Origin: Candidatus Binatia bacterium
Lineage (GTDB): Bacteria; Desulfobacterota; Binatia; DP-6
DNA length: 64,000 nt
Reading direction: 5' to 3'
NCBI GenBank assembly: GCA_036009625.1
Contig: DASYLJ010000167.1
Location: forward strand, 1,323 to 65,322
Shown here: piece after piece, positions 54,270 to 62,561 of the stretch
Numbering within the stretch: the stretch's first letter is position 1
Layout of the letters: every line of letters begins with the position of its first letter
Notes under the pieces: generated by a model
Database searches by the model: none
What the model was told of the DNA's origin: nothing
Seen by the model: the letters and a program-made list of their open reading frames with translations, nothing else
Translations under genes and position numbers: made by a program

Positions 54270-56387
54270 ATGAGCAGCGTCCGAATCCTTCTCCTGTGCG
54301 TCGTCGCTCTCCTCTTCCGGGGGGAGGCCGACGCGGCGACAACGCTGACGGTCGACAGCACGGCGGACAGCGGAGCCGGAACGCTCCGCCAGGCGATCGT
54401 CGATGCCAACGGCGATCCGTCGGAAGAGCCCGTGACCATCGAGTTCGCGATCGGCAGCGGCCCGCAGTCGATCGCGCCGACCTCGGCGCTGCCGGTGATC
54501 ACGCGTCCCGTCGTCCTCGACGGTACGTCGCAGCCGGGATTCGACGGCGTGCCGCTCATCGAGATCCGCGGCGACTCGGCCCCCGCCGGCACCTCCGGGC
54601 TGGTCTTGAGCGGGCACAGTGGCAGCGAGGTGCGCGGCCTCATCGTCAACCGGTTCGCGACCGACAACGGCGTCGGCGGCTACGGGCTCATCGTCGAGAC
54701 GGGGAGCGACCAGCACGTCATCGCCGGCAACTGGTTCGGCGTGACCGGTGACGGCAACACGGCGGCGGGGAACACTCGCGGCGGGGTCTGGGTACGGGGC
54801 AGCGACGTCCACGTCGATGGCAACGTCATCTCGGGGAACATCCTGTACGGTGTGTTGGCCAATGCCGGCACCGGCCTCCTCGTTCGCGGCAACTACATCG
54901 GGGTGGGTGCCGACGGCGAGACCCCGCTGGGCAATGGCAGCGGTGTCTTCGTGCTGGACTTCGCGACCGACGGCACGTTCGGGGGTGACGGCGAGGGCGA
55001 CGGCAACGTCATCAGCGGCAACCTCGGCGCGCAGGTGGCGATCGGCAACGACGGCGCGAGCGGGCACGTGGTGCGCGGGAATCGCATCGGCGTCGATGCG
55101 GACGGGACCGCCGTGGTTCCCGGCGGCAGCGCCGGTATTTCGATCAACGGTGCGCCGGACATCACCATCGTCGACAACGTCATCGGCGGCCAGTCGTCGG
55201 CCGCGATCCAGGTGGTGAACGTGGGATCGGATAGCATCACGATCCAGGGCAACCGGATCGGCATCGACGTGTCGGGTGCCATCGCGCTCCCGGTCACGCG
55301 CGGCATCGCCGTCGGGTTCAGCGCGAGTGGATCGCCGTCCGACGTGACGATCGGTGGCGTGGAAGAAGGCGAGGGGAACGTCATCAGCAATGCGAGCGGG
55401 GCCGCCATCGCAGTGCTCGGCGGCTTCTCGGGCAACGTCGGTGCGGTGACGTCCCCGGCGCGGGTGAGCATCCGCGGCAATTCGCTGTTCGCGAACATGG
55501 GGCTCGGGATCGACCTCGAGGGCGATGGGGTCACGCCGAACGATGCCGAGGACGCGGACGACGGGGCGAACGGCCTGCAGAACTATCCCGTCGTGACGGA
55601 GGCGGAGGTGTCGAATGCGGGTACGGCGGTGACCGGCACGCTCGCCTCGACACCGTCGACCACGTTCGTCGTCGACGTCTACGTGAGCCTCGACGCGCAC
55701 CCGAGCGGCTTCGGCGAGGGTGTGGCGTTCCTCGGGTCGACGCAGGTCACGACCGATGCCGCGGGCGACGGCGAGTTCAGCATCGGTCTGCCGGTGCTGT
55801 TCCCAGGGCTGATCGTGACCGCGACCGCGAGCACGCTCGACGGCAACACGTCGGAGTTCTCGCAGGCGGTCGAGGTGACGGGTGACCCGAACAGCCCGCC
55901 GGCGACGACCACGACGACGTCGTCGACCACCACGTCGACCACGAGCACGAGCAGCACGACCGCATCGTCGACGACGAGCAGCAGCACGACGTCGAGCAGC
56001 ACCACGTCGTCTGTCATCGCGACGAGCACCACCGTCACGACGTCGACATCGACCACGACGACGACGATCGCGTGTGCGGAGACGGGCGTGCCGCAGGTGT
56101 TGTGCGTGCTGGCCGACGTGCCGTCCGCATGCGACGGCATCACGGTCCCGAAGCGGATTGCGCGCGGGATTGCCGGGGCGCGCAAGGTGATCGAGAAGGC
56201 CGGGGCGGCGCCGGCGGGGCGGTCGCGCCGTCTCCTGAAGAAGGGCGCCGGTCGTTTGGCCCGGATGTCGGTGGCGCTGCGGAAGGCCGGCGCGCGCGGC
56301 AAGGTGGCGTCGACATGCGCCGCCGAGCTCGCGACACAGCTCGACACCGCGCGAGGGCTGGCGCTGGCGATCGTCGCGGCGCCGTGA
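54270..56387 (+). CDS. secreted CSLREA-like / parallel beta-helix protein with Thr/Ser linker and C-terminal Cys-containing helical domain
   Basis: Signal peptide is MSSVRILLLCVVALLFRGEADA. TVDSTADSGAGTLRQAIVDAN is the CSLREA-like motif. Many repeats resemble GN-x-IG-x-D/GNVISGN. A T/S-rich linker follows. The tail is CAETGVPQVLCVLADVPSACDG...KVASTCAAEL. Confidence 0.8.
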   Translation: MSSVRILLLCVVALLFRGEADAATTLTVDSTADSGAGTLRQAIVDANGDPSEEPVTIEFAIGSGPQSIAPTSALPVITRPVVLDGTSQPGFDGVPLIEIRGDSAPAGTSGLVLSGHSGSEVRGLIVNRFATDNGVGGYGLIVETGSDQHVIAGNWFGVTGDGNTAAGNTRGGVWVRGSDVHVDGNVISGNILYGVLANAGTGLLVRGNYIGVGADGETPLGNGSGVFVLDFATDGTFGGDGEGDGNVISGNLGAQVAIGNDGASGHVVRGNRIGVDADGTAVVPGGSAGISINGAPDITIVDNVIGGQSSAAIQVVNVGSDSITIQGNRIGIDVSGAIALPVTRGIAVGFSASGSPSDVTIGGVEEGEGNVISNASGAAIAVLGGFSGNVGAVTSPARVSIRGNSLFANMGLGIDLEGDGVTPNDAEDADDGANGLQNYPVVTEAEVSNAGTAVTGTLASTPSTTFVVDVYVSLDAHPSGFGEGVAFLGSTQVTTDAAGDGEFSIGLPVLFPGLIVTATASTLDGNTSEFSQAVEVTGDPNSPPATTTTTSSTTTSTTSTSSTTASSTTSSSTTSSSTTSSVIATSTTVTTSTSTTTTTIACAETGVPQVLCVLADVPSACDGITVPKRIARGIAGARKVIEKAGAAPAGRSRRLLKKGAGRLARMSVALRKAGARGKVASTCAAELATQLDTARGLALAIVAAP
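55905..56066 (+). repeat. low-complexity Thr/Ser-coding tract (ACG/ACC/TCG/AGC codon repeats)
   Basis: Encodes [54 protein letters not shown]. Confidence 0.85.
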
Positions 56388-56428
56388 ATCGCAGGCCGGC
56401 TGGTGACCGGTCGGGTGGAGAGGCCGTA

Positions 56429-56662
56429 GTGCGCGGTGACTTCGAGAGTGGCGAGGATGTCGCCGCCGTGCGCCGATTCACCGGTCTGTCGCAGGAGACG
56501 CTCGCCCTGGTGCTCGGCATCAGCGTTCGCACGCTCCGCAATTGGGAGCGGGGCAGAGGCATGCCCGTTGGCCCGGCGCCGACATTGCTGCGCGTCGGCG
56601 CGCGTCACCCGAAGATGCTGCGCGGGAATCCGGTCGATCGCGGCGGCCTCACGCCGCGCTGA
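56429..56662 (+). CDS. small HTH protein of the YiaG/MqsA-like antitoxin type (no adjacent toxin)
   Basis: 77 aa with GTG start after GGTGGAGAGG. FTGLSQETLALVLGISVRTLRNWERGRGMPVGPAPTLLRV matches the HTH ... WEQGRR-P-GPA pattern. Confidence 0.6.
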   Translation: MRGDFESGEDVAAVRRFTGLSQETLALVLGISVRTLRNWERGRGMPVGPAPTLLRVGARHPKMLRGNPVDRGGLTPR

Positions 56663-56683
56663 CGCGCGCCTTCGCTGCGTCGC

Positions 56684-57625
56684 TCAGCCGCCGACGAGCT
56701 TCCAGGTCGTGTTCGGATCGTAGGCCGTCATCGCCGCCACGGTCGCGTCGGTCTTGTCCCCGAGATCCTTCTCGTAGACGCGACCATCGGGGCCGACGAC
56801 GAAGGTCATGATGCCCGTCGATCCGTAGACGGCGGGAGTCGCGACCAGCGCGAAGCCGCCCGTCATCTTCCCCTTCGCGACGTAGTCGCGTGCGCCGCCG
56901 GGTGCGTCGGCACCCTGTGCGGTGAGGATGCGGAAGCGGTAGCCGCGCCACACGCCCGACGTCTCGGCGAGATCGGCGACGATCGGGGACAACGGGCTCG
57001 CATCCTTCTTGCCCGTGGACTCCCAGTAGAGGCCGTCCTTCTTTCCGGGTGTGCTGACGATGCGCTGCGCGTAGGCTTTACCACCCCCGATACGCCGGGC
57101 GGCATACTCTTCCTGCGCCTCGACGTAGACGTGGCAGGCGGCGATCGCCTCGAGCTCGTTGGCGCCGATCTTACGGCGACGGATCTCCTGCATGCCGGCG
57201 GCGACGTCGAAGTGCCATGCCTTGCCGGCCTTCACGAGCGGGATCGGCAGCGCCCAGTCGTCGGTGCCGACGACGATCTGGACGGTTTCGGGGCCCGTCG
57301 GATCGAGGCGGGTCGACTGCTTGGAGGCTTCGAGGAGCTTTTCGCAGCGCTCGCGATCCGCGGCGGCGTCACCCGTGCTCACGATCGGCTTCGCCTCTTC
57401 GCCGAAGATGGCGATCACCTTCGCCTCGTCGTTTGCCTGGCAGGCGGCGAGGAGCGCGTCCAAGGCGGCCTTTGGCGTCGCGAACGTCAGCCCCGTAGTG
57501 GTTGCCGCCGTCGATCCCGGTGCGTGTTTGGCGCAGCTCGAGAGGAGGAGTGCCACCGCGATCGTGGCGAGCAGAGAGCGTCGTGCATTCATCCGGAGAG
57601 TGATCATGTCGTTCATCCTCGTCAC
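56684..57625 (-). CDS. DUF2950 family lipoprotein
   Basis: Lipobox is LLLSSC. The hallmark is GGFALVATPAVYGSTGIMTFVVGPDGRVYEKDLG. The more likely start is MNARRSLL at 57592. Confidence 0.8.
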   Translation of the reverse strand: MTRMNDMITLRMNARRSLLATIAVALLLSSCAKHAPGSTAATTTGLTFATPKAALDALLAACQANDEAKVIAIFGEEAKPIVSTGDAAADRERCEKLLEASKQSTRLDPTGPETVQIVVGTDDWALPIPLVKAGKAWHFDVAAGMQEIRRRKIGANELEAIAACHVYVEAQEEYAARRIGGGKAYAQRIVSTPGKKDGLYWESTGKKDASPLSPIVADLAETSGVWRGYRFRILTAQGADAPGGARDYVAKGKMTGGFALVATPAVYGSTGIMTFVVGPDGRVYEKDLGDKTDATVAAMTAYDPNTTWKLVGG

Positions 57626-57634
57626 GCCGCGCGC

Positions 57635-58828
57635 TCAGCGCCGCCCGCCAAAACCGCCGCCACGGAAGCCGCCGCCACCGCCGCGGCCGAATCCACCGCC
57701 GCCGCCGAAGCCGCCACCACCACCGCCGCCGCCGCCCCAGCCGCGACCGCCGGAGCTACCGTAGCCGCGATTGCTCGCGTCCTGCGCGCCCCATCCGCCG
57801 CCGCCCATACCGTGGAACGCGTCACCGCCGCTGCCGCCACTGGAGCCCCAGCCCGAGTGGGAGCCGCCCCATCCGTCGCTGCCACCGCTGCTGTGGTACG
57901 CGTCGTTCGAGGACTTGTTGTACGTGCCGCTGGACCCGTTCTTGTTGTAGTTGCCGGACGACGGATTGTACGTCCCGTAGTTGCCGGTGTGCGGATTGTA
58001 CGCGCCGTAGGTGCCGGTCTTCGCGTTGTAGCCGGTGTAGGTGCCGGATCCCGAGTGATAGGTGCCGCTCGATCCGGTGCTGGGGTTGTAGCGCGTGTAC
58101 GAGCTGCTGCCGCCCGGGTGATAGTTGTTGTAATTGTTGTTGTAGTTGTAGTGGTAGTTGTTGTTCACCGTGACGCTGCCGTAGCCGCCGTAGTGCCCCC
58201 AGTCGCAGGCGTAGGCGGTGGCCGCGCCGGCGGCGAAGCCGATGCCGAACGTCATGAGCGGCGCGTAGGCGTAGTACGGAGCCGGCGCCAGGATGGCGAC
58301 CGGGTTGTACTGCGGTACGTAGATGTATTGCGGGTTCGCCGGCTCGATGACGATGGTGGTGCCCTGCGTCTGCACCACCTGCTGCTCGTTCGACTTGAGG
58401 TTACCGGCGGCCTGCGCCTGCTGGCGCACCTGCTGGATCGCCGTCATTACGGCGCCCTGATTCGCGACCACCGCCTGGCCGAGCTGCGTCGTCCAGTCGA
58501 GCTTGTCGTTCATCATCTTGAGCACGGACGGGAACGAGAGCAGGGCCTGCACGCTCGGGTCCCACTGCGACGCCGTGGCCTGGTCGGGCCGTGCGCCGTC
58601 CGCCACCGCCCGTGCCGCTTCGACGATCTGGACCGGCTGCGTCGACGCGGGAAGGATCTGCGCCACCAGCGCGTCGGGATAGAGCGCGATGGGGGCCACC
58701 AGTGTTTGGAGACCGCCGCCACCGCTCGGAGGCGCGGAGTACTGGGCTGCCGACGGTGCCTGCGTCTGGCCGCAGGCCAGGATGATGGCCATCGCGAGTG
58801 GAAGGTATCGATGCATCCGTGCTCTCAT
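57635..58828 (-). CDS. DUF3300 domain protein with N/Y/G/T-rich and RGG-type low-complexity C-terminus
   Basis: Signal/lipobox is LAMAIILACG. The DUF3300 hallmark is LVAPIALYPDALVAQILPASTQP. The low-complexity part is NNNYHYNYNNNYNNYHPGG...TGTYGAYNPHTGNYGTYNPSSGNY...GGGGGGGGFGGGGGFGRGGGGGFRGGGFGGRR. Confidence 0.8.
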   Translation of the reverse strand: MRARMHRYLPLAMAIILACGQTQAPSAAQYSAPPSGGGGLQTLVAPIALYPDALVAQILPASTQPVQIVEAARAVADGARPDQATASQWDPSVQALLSFPSVLKMMNDKLDWTTQLGQAVVANQGAVMTAIQQVRQQAQAAGNLKSNEQQVVQTQGTTIVIEPANPQYIYVPQYNPVAILAPAPYYAYAPLMTFGIGFAAGAATAYACDWGHYGGYGSVTVNNNYHYNYNNNYNNYHPGGSSSYTRYNPSTGSSGTYHSGSGTYTGYNAKTGTYGAYNPHTGNYGTYNPSSGNYNKNGSSGTYNKSSNDAYHSSGGSDGWGGSHSGWGSSGGSGGDAFHGMGGGGWGAQDASNRGYGSSGGRGWGGGGGGGGGFGGGGGFGRGGGGGFRGGGFGGRR

Positions 58829-58860
58829 GGGCGGCGTCTCCTCTGGTTGCGAGGCGCATC

Positions 58861-58883
58861 TTGCCGTTTCCGTTGCCCGTTTC
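58861..58883. repeat. tandem direct repeat in the divergent intergenic region
   Basis: TTGCCGTTTC cg TTGCCCGTTTC, between the DUF3300 start (58828, minus) and the beta-propeller start (58919, plus). Confidence 0.3.
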
Positions 58884-58918
58884 AACAGTTCGAGACGAAA
58901 CTTTTGAGGGAGGTCCGC

Positions 58919-59923
58919 ATGCGAGTCGGAAACGTCACGAGGGTCGTGTTGGGGCTCATGGTGCTGGCGGGATGCGGAGGGCCCGGAGGCATGTCTCCGA
59001 GTGGGCCTCCGTTGTCACCGGCCGCCGTCCTCGCGACCATCCCCGTGGGCACGCCACCGACGCTGCTCGCGATCAGTCCCGACGGCAGTCGCGTGTTCGC
59101 GGCGTCGAGCGGCCAGCTTGCAATCATCGCGACGGCCAGCAACGCAGTTACCGCGACGGCGACGATCCCGTCATACGCGAACGGCGTGGCCGTCACGCCC
59201 GACGGGACGAAGGTGCTCGTCGACAGCGTCCTGGGCGCCTCGATGACCGTCGTCGATGCCGCCAGCGGTGCGGTGCTGTCGCCGATCGATCTCATCATCG
59301 AGATCCACCCCGGTGGCTACGGACGCCTCGCCGTCGCGCCCAGCGGCCAGCGCGCCTTGGTCACCAATCAGGGGAAGGAGTACCTGGCGATCGTCAACCT
59401 GAACGGGCAGCCGACCACCGAGTCGTTGCTCGACCAGCGACCGAGCGACGTGACGTTCTCGCCCGACGGTCGCACGCTGTACGTGACCGGGTGCCGCGAC
59501 TTCTGCACGACGGGAACGGTGGAGGCGCTCGACGCGTCGAGCCTGGCGACGGTGCGGTCGTTCGTCGTCGGGCCGGGGCCGTATCGCTTCGCGCTGTCGC
59601 CGGACGGGACGCGCGGCTACACGACGAACATCGGTGGGCCGAGCCTGTCGATCCTAAACATGGCCAGCGGCGCCATCGTCGCCACGGTGCCCGTCGGCGT
59701 CGAGCCGTCGGGGCTCGCGGTGTCACCGGACGGCACGAAGGTGTACGTCGCCAGTCAGGCGCAGAGCACGCTGACCGTCATCGACGCGAAGGCGGGCACG
59801 GTCCTCGCGACGATGGCGACGCCGGCCGGGGCGCGTGAGATCGTGGTGAGCCCGGACGGTCGTCGCGTGTATCTGTCGACGCGGGGCTCGGTGCTGGTGC
59901 TCGACGCGCAGGCGCTGCTGTAG
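58919..59923 (+). CDS. YncE/YVTN-type beta-propeller lipoprotein
   Basis: GAGGGAGG lies before the ATG. Lipobox is LMVLAGCG. Repeated units are SPDGSRVF, TPDGTKVLV, SPDGRTLYV, SPDGTRGY, SPDGTKVYV and SPDGRRVYL. Confidence 0.8.
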   Translation: MRVGNVTRVVLGLMVLAGCGGPGGMSPSGPPLSPAAVLATIPVGTPPTLLAISPDGSRVFAASSGQLAIIATASNAVTATATIPSYANGVAVTPDGTKVLVDSVLGASMTVVDAASGAVLSPIDLIIEIHPGGYGRLAVAPSGQRALVTNQGKEYLAIVNLNGQPTTESLLDQRPSDVTFSPDGRTLYVTGCRDFCTTGTVEALDASSLATVRSFVVGPGPYRFALSPDGTRGYTTNIGGPSLSILNMASGAIVATVPVGVEPSGLAVSPDGTKVYVASQAQSTLTVIDAKAGTVLATMATPAGAREIVVSPDGRRVYLSTRGSVLVLDAQALL

Positions 59924-60052
59924 ACAACTCGCTTCGCGCGACGGGCGGTCTTGCGATGCGCAAGCCGGGGGCGAACACATGCGCGACCGCTGGATTGCTC
60001 TGGCTGTCGTCTGGGTTTCGTCCGATGACGCTACGCGTGTGGATGTGATGCA

Positions 60053-60285
60053 GTGATCATTCTCGACCTGTTCGAGAAGAGTGGTCGAGCGACCCCCGAT
60101 CGTGTGATCGCGTCAGGTCGGGCGAGAGCGGCAGCGGCCAAACTTCTCGGATCGAGTCGGTCGGGTGTCGCGAGGATGGAGGCGGGGACACGACGGAGAG
60201 CGTCGATCTGCTCGGGCGGGCGCTACGTGCGATCGGCGCGTCTCGGGGCGAAATCGCGAAGGCCTTCGCCCGCCGGGCTGCCTGA
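60053..60285 (+). pseudogene. possible relic of an XRE-family HTH (antitoxin-like) gene with a frameshift
   Basis: Frame 1 reads ...AAAKLLGSSRSGVARMEAG. After a 4-G run near 60184-60187, the continuation ESVDLLGRALRAIGASRGEIAKAFARRAA-stop (TGA 60283-60285) is in another frame. Together they resemble the ...SQSRVAKMEAGD-SVS-DLLIRAL-ALGA pattern. Confidence 0.3.
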
Positions 60286-60389
60286 TCGGGCAAAAACCTC
60301 GCCAATCAAGGTCATTCACCTTTCGCCTCGCTCGCCATTCGCCTATCATCGCGACCTCACGGACGAATCACGCCAACCAAGGAGGTTTC

Positions 60390-60800
60390 ATGGCGAAGAG
60401 GAAGAAGGCGGTAGTGAAGAGCGCGGCCGTCGAAAAGGATCTGGCAACGTCGCTCGCGAAGCTGGCGACGGCATTCGAGGCGGGGGACGCGGCGGTGTCC
60501 ACGCGGAGCAAAGAGGCCAAGCGCCTCGCGGCGACGACGAAACTGCTGGGACGCAAGCGGAAGGCGCTGATCAAGCGCAAGGTCCTATCGGCGAAGCGCG
60601 CGAAGGCCACGCCGAGCGGCGAAACGCGCAAGACGCTGCGTTCGACGGTGAAGGAGCTCGCCAGCGTGCGCACGTTGCTCGGGAAGACGCGGGCAGTGAA
60701 GGCGGCCAACGCCGCCGAGCTGGCGGCGCTGAAGGCGGCACACCGCCGGGCCACCGCGTACGCGAAGGCGATCGCGCAGGCCGACAAGAAGCTCGGCTAG
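60390..60800 (+). CDS. highly basic Lys/Ala/Arg-rich helical protein (histone-H1-like/nucleoid- or granule-associated candidate)
   Basis: A strong AAGGAGG lies 5 nt (tttc) before the ATG. 136 aa: MAKRKKAVVKSAAVEKD...LGRKRKALIKRKVLSAKRAKAT...AAELAALKAAHRRATAYAKAIAQADKKLG. Confidence 0.65.
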   Translation: MAKRKKAVVKSAAVEKDLATSLAKLATAFEAGDAAVSTRSKEAKRLAATTKLLGRKRKALIKRKVLSAKRAKATPSGETRKTLRSTVKELASVRTLLGKTRAVKAANAAELAALKAAHRRATAYAKAIAQADKKLG

Positions 60801-60814
60801 TAAGTCGGCGTGGG

Positions 60815-60834
60815 GCGCGGGCACAGGCCCGCGC
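60815..60834 (+). terminator. hairpin terminator candidate
   Basis: GCGCGGGC acag GCCCGCGC, a perfect 8-bp stem, 15 nt after the TAG at 60798-60800. Confidence 0.45.
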
Positions 60835-60884
60835 AGCGCCGTCACTTCGATGAGATGACGCGGGACCCCGTTCTCGGGCGCCAG

Positions 60885-61142
60885 ATGGTTCGCGGCGCCC
60901 TGTGCCTGCTGTTCCTGGGCTTCGTACTCGGGTCCTGCCGCCGCATGCCGATCCCTCCCGACGCCGGCAGCAACGCCGAACGGGAATGCCAGTCCGTCTG
61001 CCGCGAGGGCCAGGCCCGTTGCCTGGGTGCGGGCGCCAGCAGCGACGCGTGGAATGCACTCATCTCCGCCGGTGTCGGTCTCTTCCGGAGCGGAGACTGC
61101 AGTGACGGGCTGGCGCAGTGCTATGCGCGGTGCCCCTCATAG
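60885..61142 (+). CDS. small Cys-rich lipoprotein
   Basis: MVRGALCLLFLGFVLGSC is the lipobox. The mature part has five further Cys (ECQSVCREGQARC...GDCSDGLAQCYARC). Starts at 60855 or 60810 are less likely because the upstream hairpin would fall inside. Confidence 0.45.
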   Translation: MVRGALCLLFLGFVLGSCRRMPIPPDAGSNAERECQSVCREGQARCLGAGASSDAWNALISAGVGLFRSGDCSDGLAQCYARCPS

Positions 61143-62425
61143 GGTGTCGTTCCGAGTGCAGGACTATCCTTGCTGTCGATGACGAGCTGGACCGTGTCGA
61201 GCCGGCCGGTCGCGAACGCGGCCTCGCACATCGCGAGGTACAGCTCCCATTTGCGGATGAACGGTTCGTCGAATCCGAGCGCTGCGACGTCGGCGCGACG
61301 GCGCAGGTAGCGCTCGCGCCAACAGTGGAGCGTCGTGGCGTAGTCGCGGCCGATCCGCGTCGTCGAGGCGATGTGCAGATTCGTCTCGGCGCCGAGTGTT
61401 CCTCGGATCGCGTTCATCGAAGCGAGGAGGCCGCCGGGGAAGATGTGCTTCCGGATCCAGTCGTCGTCCCGGCGATAGGCGTCGAAGCCGGCGTCGGGGT
61501 AGGTGCTGGTCTGCAGGAAGAGCGAGCCTCCCGGACGCAGCAGGCGCTCGCACGTGCGGAAGAACGTGCCGTAGTGCTCGGAGCCGACGGCTTCGAACAT
61601 CTCGATCGCGACGATGCGATCGAACCGGCCGAGCACGTCGCGGTAGTCGCAGAGCTGCACGTCGACGACTGACTCCAAGCCGGCGGCGCGGACGCGATCG
61701 CGTGCGAGTGCATGTTGGGCAGCGGAGAGCGTGATCGATCGGACGCGGCAGCCGTAGGTGCTCGCGGCGTGGATTGCGAAGGAGCCCCAGCCGCCGCCGA
61801 CGTCCAGGACGTCGAGGCCGGGTCCGAGACCGATGCGGCGGCATATGCCGTCGAGCTTGTGGTGTTGGGCCTCCTCGAGCGTCGCGTCCTGGGTGGCGAA
61901 CACCCCGGCGCTGTACGTCATCGTGTCGTCGAGGAAGAGACGGAAGAAGTCGTTGCCGAGATCGTAGTGCGCACGGACGTCGCGGGTTGCGGATCGCGGG
62001 TGGCCTCGGCGTCTCCATCCGGCCGCGATCCGGTTCGTCGTGTAGCGACGGCGTCGCGCGAGGGATGTCGGTTGGAGCAGTAGGCGAAAGAACGCGACGA
62101 GGTCGTCGCAGTCCCACGCGCCGGCCATGTACGACTCGCCGAGGCCGATGTCGCTCTGGGCAATGACGCGGGTGAAGAATGCCCAACGGCGTACGCGCAG
62201 CGTGACGGCGCGGTCGGACGTGGTGTCGCCGAGCTCCCAGGTGGATCGATCGGGAAGCTCGACTCGTAGCGCACCGATGCGTGAGGAGGAGAGCCAGCGG
62301 CGCACGATGGCGGCGCTCATGCGGTGATGGAAATCGGGTCGCGTCGGGAGGGCGTCGGCCCTCGGTGTGACGACGTCCTCGGTCGCTGACCGTCCCGTCA
62401 TCGAAAATGATGTACCGAGCGCCAT
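61121..62425 (-). CDS. cfa: cyclopropane-fatty-acyl-phospholipid synthase family methyltransferase
   Basis: AHYDLGNDFFRLFLDDTMTYSAGVF, the SAM motif VLDVGGGWGSFAIHAA, IVAIEMFEAVG and YLAMCEAAF. Confidence 0.9.
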   Translation of the reverse strand: MALGTSFSMTGRSATEDVVTPRADALPTRPDFHHRMSAAIVRRWLSSSRIGALRVELPDRSTWELGDTTSDRAVTLRVRRWAFFTRVIAQSDIGLGESYMAGAWDCDDLVAFFRLLLQPTSLARRRRYTTNRIAAGWRRRGHPRSATRDVRAHYDLGNDFFRLFLDDTMTYSAGVFATQDATLEEAQHHKLDGICRRIGLGPGLDVLDVGGGWGSFAIHAASTYGCRVRSITLSAAQHALARDRVRAAGLESVVDVQLCDYRDVLGRFDRIVAIEMFEAVGSEHYGTFFRTCERLLRPGGSLFLQTSTYPDAGFDAYRRDDDWIRKHIFPGGLLASMNAIRGTLGAETNLHIASTTRIGRDYATTLHCWRERYLRRRADVAALGFDEPFIRKWELYLAMCEAAFATGRLDTVQLVIDSKDSPALGTTPYEGHRA

Positions 62426-62561
62426 CTAGTATCGTCAACCAAGGGCAGAATCGTCGAATACTTGTTGACGGTCGGACCGAGGGCGCGTAGCCATCACACC
62501 ACCGTAAGACAAGGAGCCCGACCGCGCGTCGCCGGCGATCTCCAGCAGTTGAGGAGATCAC

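Noticed and set aside
54132-55700. 522-aa minus ORF
   Set aside because: It is antisense to the CSLREA-like beta-helix gene, and its composition is D/R/A-rich shadow.
55905-56066. Repetitive ACG/ACC/TCG DNA considered as a CRISPR or satellite array
   Set aside because: There is no repeat-spacer periodicity. The tract is in-frame low-complexity coding sequence (Thr/Ser linker) inside a well-supported gene, as is 63128-63369.
57131-58918. 5' two-thirds of the 930-aa plus ORF 57131..59923
   Set aside because: It is antisense to the DUF2950/DUF3300 genes; the poly-Val/Ala runs mirror the Gly/Asn/Tyr-rich tail. Only the lipoprotein from 58919 is real.
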